A DNA stretch of 64,000 bases from an uncultured bacterium. Lineage in GTDB: Bacteria; Chloroflexota; Limnocylindria; QHBO01. Location of the stretch: NCBI GenBank assembly GCA_965652075.1, contig CBFGTN010000005.1:766-64765 (forward strand), in the 5' to 3' direction. Below, piece after piece: positions 9,314 through 18,495 of this stretch (within the stretch, counting starts at the first letter, position 1; each line of letters opens with the position of its first letter). The translations under genes and the position numbers were made by a program. The notes beneath the pieces were generated by a model. That model was not told the DNA's origin and searched no databases. It saw only the letters and a program-made list of their open reading frames with translations.

Positions 9314-10362
9314 CGCGGACCGCTGGACAGGAGGTCCATGATCCGATGGGCGCGATCCGCCCACGATGCCGCCCGCGCCGCGCTCGACGCATTCGCCGAC
9401 CATCGGTCGAGCTCACCTGACGATGCGGACGCGAGCCGCACGATCCCGTCGGCGATGCCCGGCGCGTCGTCCTCCATGACGACCCCTGCGTCCGCGCCGG
9501 CGACCACGCGGGCCTGCTCCGGACAGTCGGTCACGAGGAGCGGCCGGCCGTAGGAGAGGTAGTCGAACAGCTTGATCGGCAGCGCGAGGTCGTTGTAGCG
9601 GTTCCGCGGTCGCGGGATCGCGGTGGCGATGACATTCGACAGCAGCGCATGGATCGCACGGCCCTCGGCGCGATGGACGTGCAGCCAGGACGGGTGCGGC
9701 GGTGCCGGCTCCTGGCCCGCGCGACTGACGACGTCCAGCTCGACCTCGACGCCGGCCCCGCGGGCAATCGTGACCGCCTCGAGCAGGCTGTCGGCGCCCT
9801 GCGCCGCGAGGCGCGCGTCGCCCACGTACAGGATGCGGTTCGCGGTCGCTTCGCGCGGGACGTCCACGGGAGCCGGGGCACCCGGCGGAAGCAGCGGGGC
9901 GTCGGCTCCCTGCCCGAGCACCGCGTCCGCGAGGGCCCGAGTCGGAAAGGCGAGGTGGGAGGAGACGGCGCCGAGAGCCCGGATGGCGGGATGGAACGCG
10001 GCGGCCGCGAGCCGGCGCTTCGGCGAGTCGCGTGGGTAGATCTCTGGAAACAGCTGATACGCGTCGCGGACGTAGGTGACGATCGGGATGCCGAGGGCAT
10101 GCGCGAGGCCGAGGATCGCGAGGTCGGACTCCGAAGGCGCGAACGTCGAGCTCTCGACGTAGATCCCATCCAGCCCTCGCAGCCGCCCACCGAGCGCGTA
10201 CCGCCACAGGCGCCCTCGACGCGCGGCTCGATACCCGTCGATGACGTCGAGGTCCGCGAGGCTCGCGAGCTCGTCGCGAAGGTGGGTGATCCGCACGGTC
10301 GGCCCCCACAGCCCGGCATCGAGCGGGTACATCGAGACGAGCAGCAGTCGCCGGCGGCTCAT
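9310..10362 (-). CDS. Glycosyltransferase (GT1/GT4-like)
   Basis: 350 aa. RRLLLVSMYPLDAGLWGPTVRITHL N-terminus and a C-terminal PIKLFDYLSYGRPLLVTD motif. Shares ATGA with the upstream gene stop at 10359-10362. Confidence 0.65.
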   Translation of the reverse strand: MSRRRLLLVSMYPLDAGLWGPTVRITHLRDELASLADLDVIDGYRAARRGRLWRYALGGRLRGLDGIYVESSTFAPSESDLAILGLAHALGIPIVTYVRDAYQLFPEIYPRDSPKRRLAAAAFHPAIRALGAVSSHLAFPTRALADAVLGQGADAPLLPPGAPAPVDVPREATANRILYVGDARLAAQGADSLLEAVTIARGAGVEVELDVVSRAGQEPAPPHPSWLHVHRAEGRAIHALLSNVIATAIPRPRNRYNDLALPIKLFDYLSYGRPLLVTDCPEQARVVAGADAGVVMEDDAPGIADGIVRLASASSGELDRWSANASSAARAASWADRAHRIMDLLSSGPR

Positions 10363-11291
10363 CGGTTCCCTTCCTCTTCGGCGGCCGCGACGAGCGCCTC
10401 CACCGAGTCGGGCAGCGGCACGGCCGGGACCCAGCCGAGGGATCGGATGCGGCCGATGTCGGCGACCCGGCGACCGACCCCCACCGACCGCGGCGACGCG
10501 GCCGCAGACTCGCGGATCGCGCCCGTGAAGCCGACGCGATCAGCGATCAGGCGCACCAGGTCCCTGACGAGCGTCGCTCGGCCGGATCCGACGTTGTAGA
10601 CCCGATGCTCGAGCCGCGGCGCCGTCGCCAGCGCGAGCACCGCCGTCGCGACGTCGCGAACGTCGACGTAGTCGCGGATCGCGTCGAGCGGGCCGAGCTC
10701 GACCTCGCGGTCGCCTCGCTCGACCGCATCGCGCAGCACGCGCGTCGCGCGTCCGGGCAGCGACGACTTCGGCATCCCGGGGCCGATCGGGTTGAAGACG
10801 CGGGCGGTGATCGCGTCGAGCCCCGATGCGGCCGCATCGTCCACGAGGCGGAATGCGCCGAGCTTCGCCGCGGCGTAGGGCGTCGACGCGTAGGGCGTCG
10901 ACGCGTCGAGCGGGGCCCCCTCATCGGTCATCTCGCTCGAGGCGGCCGCGTACTCGGCGGCGGACCCAAGGTGCACGAGGCGCGCGCGTGGGACAGCGGC
11001 GCGCATCGCGCCCAGGATGGCGCGGACGGGCTCGACGTTCGCGTCGAACAGCTCGTCCGGATCACCCTCCGTTCGTCCCGCGCAGTTGACGATCACCGCC
11101 GGCCCGAGCCGTTCGAGCAGGCGCGCCAGCGGGTCGACGGACTCGGCTGCGACGCGCAGCACGTGCGCGCTCGCGACCCTCGCCGAGGGCCCGCCGACGA
11201 TCGCGCCGGCGGCGACCCCGGATCGCTCGACCTCGCCAAGGACGGCTTGCCCGATGAAGCCGGCAGCGCCGACGACCAGGACGCCGCTCAC
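10359..11291 (-). CDS. NAD-dependent epimerase/dehydratase (SDR) family protein
   Basis: GTG start at 11291 gives VSGVLVVGAAGFIGQAV (Rossmann GxxGxxG). YAAAK catalytic motif. The upstream gene stop lies at 11293-11295. Confidence 0.75.
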   Translation of the reverse strand: MSGVLVVGAAGFIGQAVLGEVERSGVAAGAIVGGPSARVASAHVLRVAAESVDPLARLLERLGPAVIVNCAGRTEGDPDELFDANVEPVRAILGAMRAAVPRARLVHLGSAAEYAAASSEMTDEGAPLDASTPYASTPYAAAKLGAFRLVDDAAASGLDAITARVFNPIGPGMPKSSLPGRATRVLRDAVERGDREVELGPLDAIRDYVDVRDVATAVLALATAPRLEHRVYNVGSGRATLVRDLVRLIADRVGFTGAIRESAAASPRSVGVGRRVADIGRIRSLGWVPAVPLPDSVEALVAAAEEEGNR

Positions 11292-11292
11292 G

Positions 11293-12003
11293 TCACTCCC
11301 CGAGGAGCGTGCGGCGCAACGTCGGATAGTCGGCGGTCGCCTGGTCGTAGTCCTCCGGCCGGCCGATGTCGAGCCAGTAGCCGTCGTACTCGTACGCGTC
11401 GACCCGCGCGCCGGTCTCCAGCAGGTGCAGGACGAGCTCGTCGAAGCCGAGCGGCGCTCCAGCATCGAATCCCGCGAAGGTCGCGCGCGTGACGCCGTAG
11501 ACGCCCATGCTCACCGTGTAGTCGAGTGTCGGCTTCTCGCGGAAGGCGATCACGCGCCCGCCCTCGGCCTCGAGGACGCCGAAGTCGATCGGCACGCGTC
11601 GCCGATACGTCGCCACCGTGAGTGCCGGCGTGTTCGCGGCATGGCGGTCGAGGACGGAGCCAAAGTCGAGATCGGTCAGGACGTCGCCGTTCAGGACGAG
11701 GAAGTGCTCCGGGAAGCGGTCCAGGTTCGCGACGACCGGGCCCATCGTGCCGAGCGGCTCGTCCTCGCTGACGTAGTCGACCGCGATGCCCCACTGCGAG
11801 CCGTCCCCGACCACGGCCTCGATGAGGTGGCCGAGGTGGCCGATGGCGAGCGTCGCCCGTTCGAAGCCGTGGCGTGCGAGCTGTCGGAGGACGAGCTCGA
11901 TGATCGACCCATCGCCCAGTGGCACGAGCGGCTTCGGCAGCGACGTGGTGTATGGCCGCAGGCGCGTGCCCTTGCCGCCGGCGAGCAGGACCGCGTGCCT
12001 CAC
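11293..12003 (-). CDS. Sugar-phosphate nucleotidyltransferase
   Basis: GTG start at 12003 (GTGA overlap with the upstream stop) gives VRHAVLLAGGKGTRLRPYTTSLPKPLVPLG, the classic NTP_transferase signature. 236 aa. Confidence 0.8.
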   Translation of the reverse strand: MRHAVLLAGGKGTRLRPYTTSLPKPLVPLGDGSIIELVLRQLARHGFERATLAIGHLGHLIEAVVGDGSQWGIAVDYVSEDEPLGTMGPVVANLDRFPEHFLVLNGDVLTDLDFGSVLDRHAANTPALTVATYRRRVPIDFGVLEAEGGRVIAFREKPTLDYTVSMGVYGVTRATFAGFDAGAPLGFDELVLHLLETGARVDAYEYDGYWLDIGRPEDYDQATADYPTLRRTLLGE

Positions 12004-12995
12004 AGGACGAAGCGATCGGTGCGATAACGGGCGAGGTTGTGCGGGTCGCTGAACCAGGCAACCGTGCCGGCCAGCCCGTCGCGCAGGCTCACCGCGGGCG
12101 CCCACCCGGTCGCGTCCCGCAGCGCGGTCGCATCGGCAACGAGGCGCATCACCTCCGACGCGTCCGGCCGCATCCGCTCGTCCTCCGGCTCGACCTCGGG
12201 CTCGATGCCCAGGATGTCCCCGACGATCGACACGACCTCGGCGATCGACGTCTCCGTCCCGCTGCCGGAGTTGAAGGCGCGCCCGACGACGCGGTCCGCG
12301 CCAGCCGTGCCGACGGCGACGAAGGCGGCGACCGTATCGGCGACGTGGTTGAAGTCCCGGGTCGGGGTCAGCAGGCCGAGGCGCAGCGGGCGCGTGCCTG
12401 CCGCGAGCTGCGTCGCCACGGTCGGGATGACGGCCCGAGCCGACTGGCGCGGCCCGTAGGTGTTGAACGGTCGCAGCGTGACGACCGGCACGTCGAAGCT
12501 GAGGTGATAGCTCTCCGCCAGCTTGTCGGCCGCGATCTTGGACGCCGCGTACGGCGACTGCGCATGGAGCGGATGGGACTCGTCGATCGGCACTCGCACC
12601 GCGGTTCCGTAGACCTCGCTCGTGGAGGTGTGGACGACGCGGTCCGTGCCGAGGTCGCGGGCGGCCTCCAGCACGTTGAGCGTCCCGCTCGCGTTCGTGT
12701 CGAGGTAGGACTGCGGCGCGCGGTACGAGTACGGGATCGCGATGAGCGCGGCGAGGTGGTACACGACCGACGCGTCGCCGATGAACTCGCGGACCGCGCG
12801 TGGGTCACGCACGTCCGCGGAGACGACCTCGACCTGGGCTGCGACGTCGTCGGGGAGGTGGTCGAGCCAGCCGCGCGTCCCGAATGCGGAGTACAGGGCC
12901 ATGGCCCGGACGCGGTGCCCGTCCGCGACGAGGCGCTCGACGAGGTGCGATCCGATGAAGCCATCACCCCCGGTGACGGCGACGACGTCCGACAC
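12000..12995 (-). CDS. NAD-dependent NDP-sugar 4,6-dehydratase/epimerase family protein
   Basis: VAVTGGDGFIGSHLVERL Rossmann motif and YAASKIAADKL catalytic motif. I favour GTG 12995, preceded by GGAGGAG. The longest ORF would start at 13061. Confidence 0.75.
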   Translation of the reverse strand: MSDVVAVTGGDGFIGSHLVERLVADGHRVRAMALYSAFGTRGWLDHLPDDVAAQVEVVSADVRDPRAVREFIGDASVVYHLAALIAIPYSYRAPQSYLDTNASGTLNVLEAARDLGTDRVVHTSTSEVYGTAVRVPIDESHPLHAQSPYAASKIAADKLAESYHLSFDVPVVTLRPFNTYGPRQSARAVIPTVATQLAAGTRPLRLGLLTPTRDFNHVADTVAAFVAVGTAGADRVVGRAFNSGSGTETSIAEVVSIVGDILGIEPEVEPEDERMRPDASEVMRLVADATALRDATGWAPAVSLRDGLAGTVAWFSDPHNLARYRTDRFVL

Positions 12996-13174
12996 GGCTC
13001 CTCCGATCCGGGAGGCACGCGCGAGGAATTCCGCGGTGCCTGGATGGCCGCAGTATGCCACCGGGCCATGGCCGGCCTCGGCGCCTCACACTCGGGTTCG
13101 TCGGACTGCGCATCGTGCGCGAATGATCACGCCGCTCGGTCGGGTGCTCGAGCGGCCTTCCCTATCATGCGCTC

Positions 13175-14290
13175 GTGTCCCGTCCGCTGCGGCTCGCGTA
13201 CCTCGCCGATCCGAACAGCGTGCACACTCGGCGCTGGCTCGGCTTCTTCGCCGATCGCGGGCACGACGTGACGCTGCTCGTCGGTAGCGAGGACGTCATC
13301 CAGCCCGGGCTGCATGCGGCCATCCGGCCGCATCCGTATCGGCGCTTCGGACGGCGGCGGCTTCCGTTCGTCAGCTCGCTCCAGGGACGCCGGAGGCTGC
13401 GCGCCGCACTCGCGACCGTGCGGCCCGAGATCCTCCACGCCCACTACCTGACCCGTCATGGATGGCAGGCTCGGCTCAGCGGCTTCCATCCGTCCGTCGT
13501 CACCCCGTGGGGGTCGGACCTGTTCGTCACCCCGCGCGAGTCCCGGCGCGCGCGACTCTGGGCCGGCCTGACGCTGCGCGACGCCGACCTCGTGACGGTC
13601 GTTTCCGACCACATGCAGTCCGAGGTCGTCCGCTACGGCACGCCGGTGGATCGGATCGCGCGGATCATGTTCGGAGTGGACACGGACCGATTCGCGCCTG
13701 CCGCCGACGTGAGCCCGCCGCCGGCGCTGGTCGGCCGGCCGTTCATCCTGGCGCCGCGCGCGATCCGGCCGCTCTACCGGCCGGACGTCGTGGTCGACGC
13801 CGTCGCCGAGCTTCCGCCAACCGTGGACCTGGTGATGACGACGCGGAACGCCGAGCCGACGACCCTCGACGACGTCCGGCGCCGGATCGCCCGCCACGCC
13901 CTGGGCGACCGGGTCCGCCTGCTCGACGCGATCGACGACGACCTCATGCTCGACCTCGTCCGCACGGCCGCGCTCGTCGTGTCGGTCCCGGAGTCCGATG
14001 CGATCCCGATCTCGATCCTGGAGGCGATGGCCTGCGGACGGCCGGTCGTGGCCACCGACCTCCCGGGGCCGCGCGAGCGGCTCGGATCGATCAGCCCGCA
14101 GCTCCTCGTGCCGGTCGGTGACGCGGCCGAGACCGCGCGGGCGATGCGCTCGGTGCTCGAGATGCCGGCATCGGCCCTGGCCAGCCTCGGCGCGCTGCTG
14201 CGCGCGGACGCGGTCGCGAACGCCGACCTGCAGCGGAACATGGAGCGGATGGAGCAGCTCTACCTGATGCTGCGCGCTCGAACCCGATGA
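13175..14290 (+). CDS. Glycosyltransferase family 4
   Basis: 371 aa with a GTG start. N-terminus LRLAYLADPNSVHTRRWLGFFADRGHDV. E-x7-E region PESDAIPISILEAMACGRPVVATD. Confidence 0.8.
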   Translation: MSRPLRLAYLADPNSVHTRRWLGFFADRGHDVTLLVGSEDVIQPGLHAAIRPHPYRRFGRRRLPFVSSLQGRRRLRAALATVRPEILHAHYLTRHGWQARLSGFHPSVVTPWGSDLFVTPRESRRARLWAGLTLRDADLVTVVSDHMQSEVVRYGTPVDRIARIMFGVDTDRFAPAADVSPPPALVGRPFILAPRAIRPLYRPDVVVDAVAELPPTVDLVMTTRNAEPTTLDDVRRRIARHALGDRVRLLDAIDDDLMLDLVRTAALVVSVPESDAIPISILEAMACGRPVVATDLPGPRERLGSISPQLLVPVGDAAETARAMRSVLEMPASALASLGALLRADAVANADLQRNMERMEQLYLMLRARTR

Positions 14291-15669
14291 GCGAGCCGCC
14301 GCGAAGCCCGTTCGTCCGCCGCGTCGCCGGCGTGTTCACCGCGCGCGTGCTCCAGTTCGGGATCGGGATGGTGACCGCCTTCCTGCTGTCCCGACTGCTC
14401 GGCCCCGCCGGACGCGGCGAGTATGCCCTCGCGATCCTGGTGCCCTCGACGCTGTTCGCGCTCGGCCAGCTGGGCCTGCCGTCAGCCTTCGTGTACTTCG
14501 CGGGCGGCGGGAGGCCCGGGCGCAGCCTGTGGCGGCGCGCGATCTGGCTGGGGATCGCCCTCTCGCTCCTGCTGCTCCTCGGCGCCCTGCTGGCCCTGCC
14601 CGCCCTCGAGGCGACCGCGATGCGAAACGCGCCCGAGGATCTGGTCCGGGTCGCGCTTGCCTCCCTGCCCTTCCAGTTCATCGCATCGTTCTGCGGGGCG
14701 ATCCTCATCGGCCGCCAGACGCTGCTCGTCTACAACACGATCCTCGTTGCGCAATCGCTCCTCAGCTTCGGCCTCGTCGTGGTGCTCGTCGGCCTCGCCG
14801 ACCTCGGGCCAGCCGGCGCGGTGATCGGCAGCGTCGTGGGCGCCGCGGTCGGAGCCGCCGTGGTCCTGGTCGCCGCGCGGGTGACGACCGATCCCGCGGA
14901 GCCGGGTGCGCCGCTCCGCGTCGGCGAGCTCGGCCGGTTCGGCCTTCGGCTGTATCCGGCGTCGGTGACGGGCTTCTTCAACTACCGGATCGACATCTAC
15001 CTGCTCGGCTTTCTGCTCGTCGGGTCGAGCGAGGCCGTGACCTCGATGATCGGGCTGTACACCCTCGCGGTCAGCCTGGCCGAGCTGACCTTCTTCGTCC
15101 CCGACTCGGTCGCGACCGTCTTCTTCCCGCGCGTGGCCGGCTCCGAGCGTCGAAGCGCCGATGAGACGACGCCGATGGTGACCCGGATGACGGTCCTCGT
15201 GACCGTGCTCGCCGCGATCGCGCTCATCCCGGCCGCGTTCGTCGCGGTGCACCTCATCCTCCCGGCATTCGTCGGTTCGCTTCCGGCCTTCCTGCTCATC
15301 CTTCCGGGGATCGTGGCGCTGGCCGTCGCGAAGGTGCTCTCGAGCTACGTCTCGGGCATCGGCAGGCCGACGCCGGTCACGGTCGCGGCCATCGCCGCGC
15401 TCGCCGTCAACCTCGTCGCCAACGTCGCGCTCATCCCGCTGATCGGGATCCTCGGCGCCTCCCTCGCGTCGACGATCTCGTACACCGTGAACACGGCGGC
15501 GCTCGTGTTCGTCGCCGTGCGCCTCACGCGGCGGTCGGCGTGGTCGCTCCTGGTCCCGACGCGATCCGAGGTCCAGCGTCTCGTCGCCATTGCTTCGGCG
15601 GCGCGCCATCGGCTTGGCGCGCTGGCCGGTCGCGGCGAGCCCGGCGGCGCCGACGGAGCCACTCGATGA
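14287..15669 (+). CDS. MOP-superfamily oligosaccharide flippase, flippase 3
   Basis: 460 aa, polytopic. GVFTARVLQFGIGMVTAFLLSRLLGPAGRGEYAL N-terminus. ATGA overlaps at both ends (14287-14290 and 15666-15669). Confidence 0.75.
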   Translation: MSEPPRSPFVRRVAGVFTARVLQFGIGMVTAFLLSRLLGPAGRGEYALAILVPSTLFALGQLGLPSAFVYFAGGGRPGRSLWRRAIWLGIALSLLLLLGALLALPALEATAMRNAPEDLVRVALASLPFQFIASFCGAILIGRQTLLVYNTILVAQSLLSFGLVVVLVGLADLGPAGAVIGSVVGAAVGAAVVLVAARVTTDPAEPGAPLRVGELGRFGLRLYPASVTGFFNYRIDIYLLGFLLVGSSEAVTSMIGLYTLAVSLAELTFFVPDSVATVFFPRVAGSERRSADETTPMVTRMTVLVTVLAAIALIPAAFVAVHLILPAFVGSLPAFLLILPGIVALAVAKVLSSYVSGIGRPTPVTVAAIAALAVNLVANVALIPLIGILGASLASTISYTVNTAALVFVAVRLTRRSAWSLLVPTRSEVQRLVAIASAARHRLGALAGRGEPGGADGATR

Positions 15670-17018
15670 CCCGGCGCGTCCTCGTCGTCTCCTACTACTT
15701 TCCGCCCGCCGGCGGGGTCGGCGTGCAGCGCACGCTGAAGTTCGTCGAGCATCTGCCGCTTGCCGGCTGGGAGCCGAGCGTCGTGGCGCCGCGCGGTGCG
15801 GCCTATCGCGTCCTCGACCCGGAGGCGCTCGGGCGGCTCGATCCGCGTCTCGAGGTCACCCGGGCCCCCTGCATCGAGCCGGCCGGCCTCCGAGCACTGG
15901 CCCGCGCCGGCCTGTCCCGGCTTCGGGGAGGGCGAGGCGGGCCCAACGCGGCGCGGTCCGCGGCCGGACCGGCGCGAGCCGCCCCCGCCATGCCCGGCTG
16001 GCTGAACGCGGCGTGGGCCGCGTGGATCGACGCGGTCTTCGTCCCCGACGAGCAGATGATGTGGGTGCCCGCCGCTGCCGCCGCGGCGGCAGACGTGCAC
16101 CGACGCAACCCGGTCGACGTCGTGTACTCGTCGGCGCCGCCGGCCGCCACGCACCTGGCGGCGGGCCTCGCCGCCGCGTCGGCCGGCGTGCCATGGGTCG
16201 CCGACTTCCGAGACCCGTGGGTCGGGAATGCGTTCGCTCGCCCCCAATCGCCGGCCCGGGCTCGTCTCGAGGCGTGGATGGAGCGCTGGGTCGTCGAACG
16301 CGCGGCGCGGATCGTGTTCGCCACGCCCGGCCTGCGGGCGCGATACGCCAGGCGCTATCCCGCACGCGCCGGCCGGTTCGTGGTCATCCCGAACGGGTAC
16401 GACCGCGGCGAGCTCGGCGGCGGCGCGCCGGACATGGCCGATGCGAGTGCCGAGCGCCCGTTCCGGCTCGTGTACGCGGGGAGCGTCTACGGCGAGCGCG
16501 AGCTCGGGACCTTCCTCGATGGCCTGGCGATCGCCGTCGAGCGCGATCCGACGCTCGCACGGCGGCTGCGGGTCGAGTTCATCGGCTGGATGTCCGTGCC
16601 GAACCAACGGCGGGCGGAGGCGGCGATCGACCGGATGCCGGAGACGATCCAGGTGCGCGGATTCCGCCCCCGCAGCGAGGCGCTCGCGGCCGTTCGATCT
16701 GCGGACGCGGCCCTCCTGCTCCTGGCCGATGGACCGGATCGGGACCTGTTCGTGGGGGGCAAGCTGTTCGAGGCGATCGGCCTCGACCGCCAGGTCCTCG
16801 CGATGGCGCCGGAGGGCGACACACGGTCGATCCTCGCCGAGCTCGACTGGGGGGTCGTCGTCGACCCCACGCCGTCCGCCGTCGCCGACGGGCTGGCTCG
16901 GCTCGTCGCATCGCCGCCGCCGCGCCCTCCGGCGGACCCGGACGGTCGCTACGAGCGACGGGCGTTGGCCGCGCGCCTCGGCGAGGTGTTCGATGAGGTC
17001 GTCGCCGGCTCGACCTAG
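15666..17018 (+). CDS. Glycosyltransferase family 4-like
   Basis: Start at MTRRVLVVSYYFPPAGGVGVQRTLKFVEHL (ATG 15666). C-terminal GKLFEAIGLDRQVLAMAP motif. The stop TAG overlaps the glnA stop. Confidence 0.7.
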   Translation: MTRRVLVVSYYFPPAGGVGVQRTLKFVEHLPLAGWEPSVVAPRGAAYRVLDPEALGRLDPRLEVTRAPCIEPAGLRALARAGLSRLRGGRGGPNAARSAAGPARAAPAMPGWLNAAWAAWIDAVFVPDEQMMWVPAAAAAAADVHRRNPVDVVYSSAPPAATHLAAGLAAASAGVPWVADFRDPWVGNAFARPQSPARARLEAWMERWVVERAARIVFATPGLRARYARRYPARAGRFVVIPNGYDRGELGGGAPDMADASAERPFRLVYAGSVYGERELGTFLDGLAIAVERDPTLARRLRVEFIGWMSVPNQRRAEAAIDRMPETIQVRGFRPRSEALAAVRSADAALLLLADGPDRDLFVGGKLFEAIGLDRQVLAMAPEGDTRSILAELDWGVVVDPTPSAVADGLARLVASPPPRPPADPDGRYERRALAARLGEVFDEVVAGST

Positions 17019-18367
17019 AACGCCTCGAGGTAGCGGTCGACCTCCCACGCCGAGACCTGCATCCGATACTCGTCCCACTCCTCGGTCTTGGCCTCGACGA
17101 AGCGCTCGAAGATGTGCTCGCCGAGCGCGTCGCGGATCACCTCGTCGCGCGACAGCTCGTCGAGCGCTTCGCGGAGCGTGCCCGGCAGCTGGCGGATCTT
17201 GCGCGACTCGAGCTTCGCGGCGTCGAGGTGATAGAGGTTCTCCTCGACCGGGTCCGGCGGCGTGAGCTTGCGCTCGATCCCGTCCAGTCCCGCAGCGAGC
17301 ATGCACGCGAAGGCGAGGTACGGATTCGACGATGGGTCCGGGCAGCGCAGCTCGATGCGCACGGAGTTGACCTGTCCCTTGCTGTGCTGCGGGATGCGGA
17401 TGAGTGCCGATCGGTTGATCCGCGCCCAGCCGATGTAGACCGGCGCCTCGAACCCGGGGACGAGGCGCTTGTACGAGTTCACGAGCGGCGCAAGGACGGC
17501 GATCATCCCGCGCGCATGCTCGAGCGTGCCGGCGATGTACTGGCGCGCGGTCGTCGAAAGGCCGTACGGGTCCTTCGGATCGCTGAACGCGTTCTTGCCG
17601 CGCTTGTCGTCCCACAGGCTCTGATGGGTGTGCATCCCCGAGCCGTTGATCCCGAAGAACGGCTTCGGCATGAACGTCGCGTACAGGCCCTTCGTCGCCG
17701 CCACCGCCTTCAACGTCGTCTTGAAGGTCACGGCGTTGTCGGCGGTGCGGAGCGCATCGGCGTACTGGAAGTCGATCTCGTGCTGGCCGGTGGCGACCTC
17801 GTGGTGCGCCGTCTCGACCTTGATCCCGAACTCCTCGAGGGCGTTCATCATCTCCTTGCGGACCTCGGTGCCGAGGTCCTCGGAGAGGTCGAAGTAGCCG
17901 GCCGCGTCGTGCGGCAGGGGCTCGATGCCGCCGTTCTCGCGGCGCAGGAGGAAGAACTCGAGCTCCGGCCCGGTGTTGAACGTGAACCCGAGCTTCTTGG
18001 CGCGCTCCAGCTGGCGACGCAGCACGCCACGCGGATCCCCGGGGAACGGGTCCCCGTCCGGGGTGAAGACGTCGCAGATGACGCGCGCGCTGCCGGTGCT
18101 GACCTCCGAGCCGCCCGCCTCCCACGGGATCTCCGCGAACGTGTCGAGGTCGGGCACCAGGAACATGTCGGACTCGGCGATCCGGGCGAAGCCCTCGATG
18201 CTCGAGCCGTCGAACCACTTGCCGTGCTCGACCGCCTCGGTGAGCTGGTGCATCGGCACCTGCACGCTCTTCACGTGCCCGACGATGTCGGTGAACTGGA
18301 GGCTGACGAAGCGCAGGTTGCGTTCCTCCGCCAGCTTCAGGGCAGCGGCAAGCTTGGTTGGGGCCAC
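17015..18367 (-). CDS. glnA: Glutamine synthetase type I
   Basis: 450 aa with a GTG start after GGAGG. FVSLQFTDIVGHVKSVQVP, FDGSSIEGFARI, KPFFGINGSGMHTHQSL and NSYKRLVPGFEAP are canonical GS-I blocks. Confidence 0.95.
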   Translation of the reverse strand: MAPTKLAAALKLAEERNLRFVSLQFTDIVGHVKSVQVPMHQLTEAVEHGKWFDGSSIEGFARIAESDMFLVPDLDTFAEIPWEAGGSEVSTGSARVICDVFTPDGDPFPGDPRGVLRRQLERAKKLGFTFNTGPELEFFLLRRENGGIEPLPHDAAGYFDLSEDLGTEVRKEMMNALEEFGIKVETAHHEVATGQHEIDFQYADALRTADNAVTFKTTLKAVAATKGLYATFMPKPFFGINGSGMHTHQSLWDDKRGKNAFSDPKDPYGLSTTARQYIAGTLEHARGMIAVLAPLVNSYKRLVPGFEAPVYIGWARINRSALIRIPQHSKGQVNSVRIELRCPDPSSNPYLAFACMLAAGLDGIERKLTPPDPVEENLYHLDAAKLESRKIRQLPGTLREALDELSRDEVIRDALGEHIFERFVEAKTEEWDEYRMQVSAWEVDRYLEAF

Positions 18368-18462
18368 GGGGAACCTCCGAAATCGGACGTGGTGGGTGGA
18401 TCACCACGGTAGCCGCCGGACCCGTTGATGGACCGATGCGGACCCCGCCGCGGCCGCGCTTT

Positions 18463-18483
18463 CCTTGTGCAACCCGCACAAGG
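18463..18483. other. Perfect 8-bp inverted repeat CCTTGTGC-aaccc-GCACAAGG between the PucR-family gene stop and glnA
   Basis: Read directly at 18463-18470 and 18476-18483. It lies 13 nt downstream of the regulator stop and about 96 nt upstream of the glnA GTG. No U-tract follows. Confidence 0.3.
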
Positions 18484-18495
18484 CCATGGGGCCGG

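Noticed and set aside
18463-18483. Considered the glnA-upstream palindrome as a TnrA/GlnR box.
   Set aside because: The Bacillus-type site is TGTNA-N7-TNACA (TGT-N11-ACA). Here the spacing is TGT-N9-ACA and no MerR-type glnR is adjacent. It is kept only as an unassigned palindrome.
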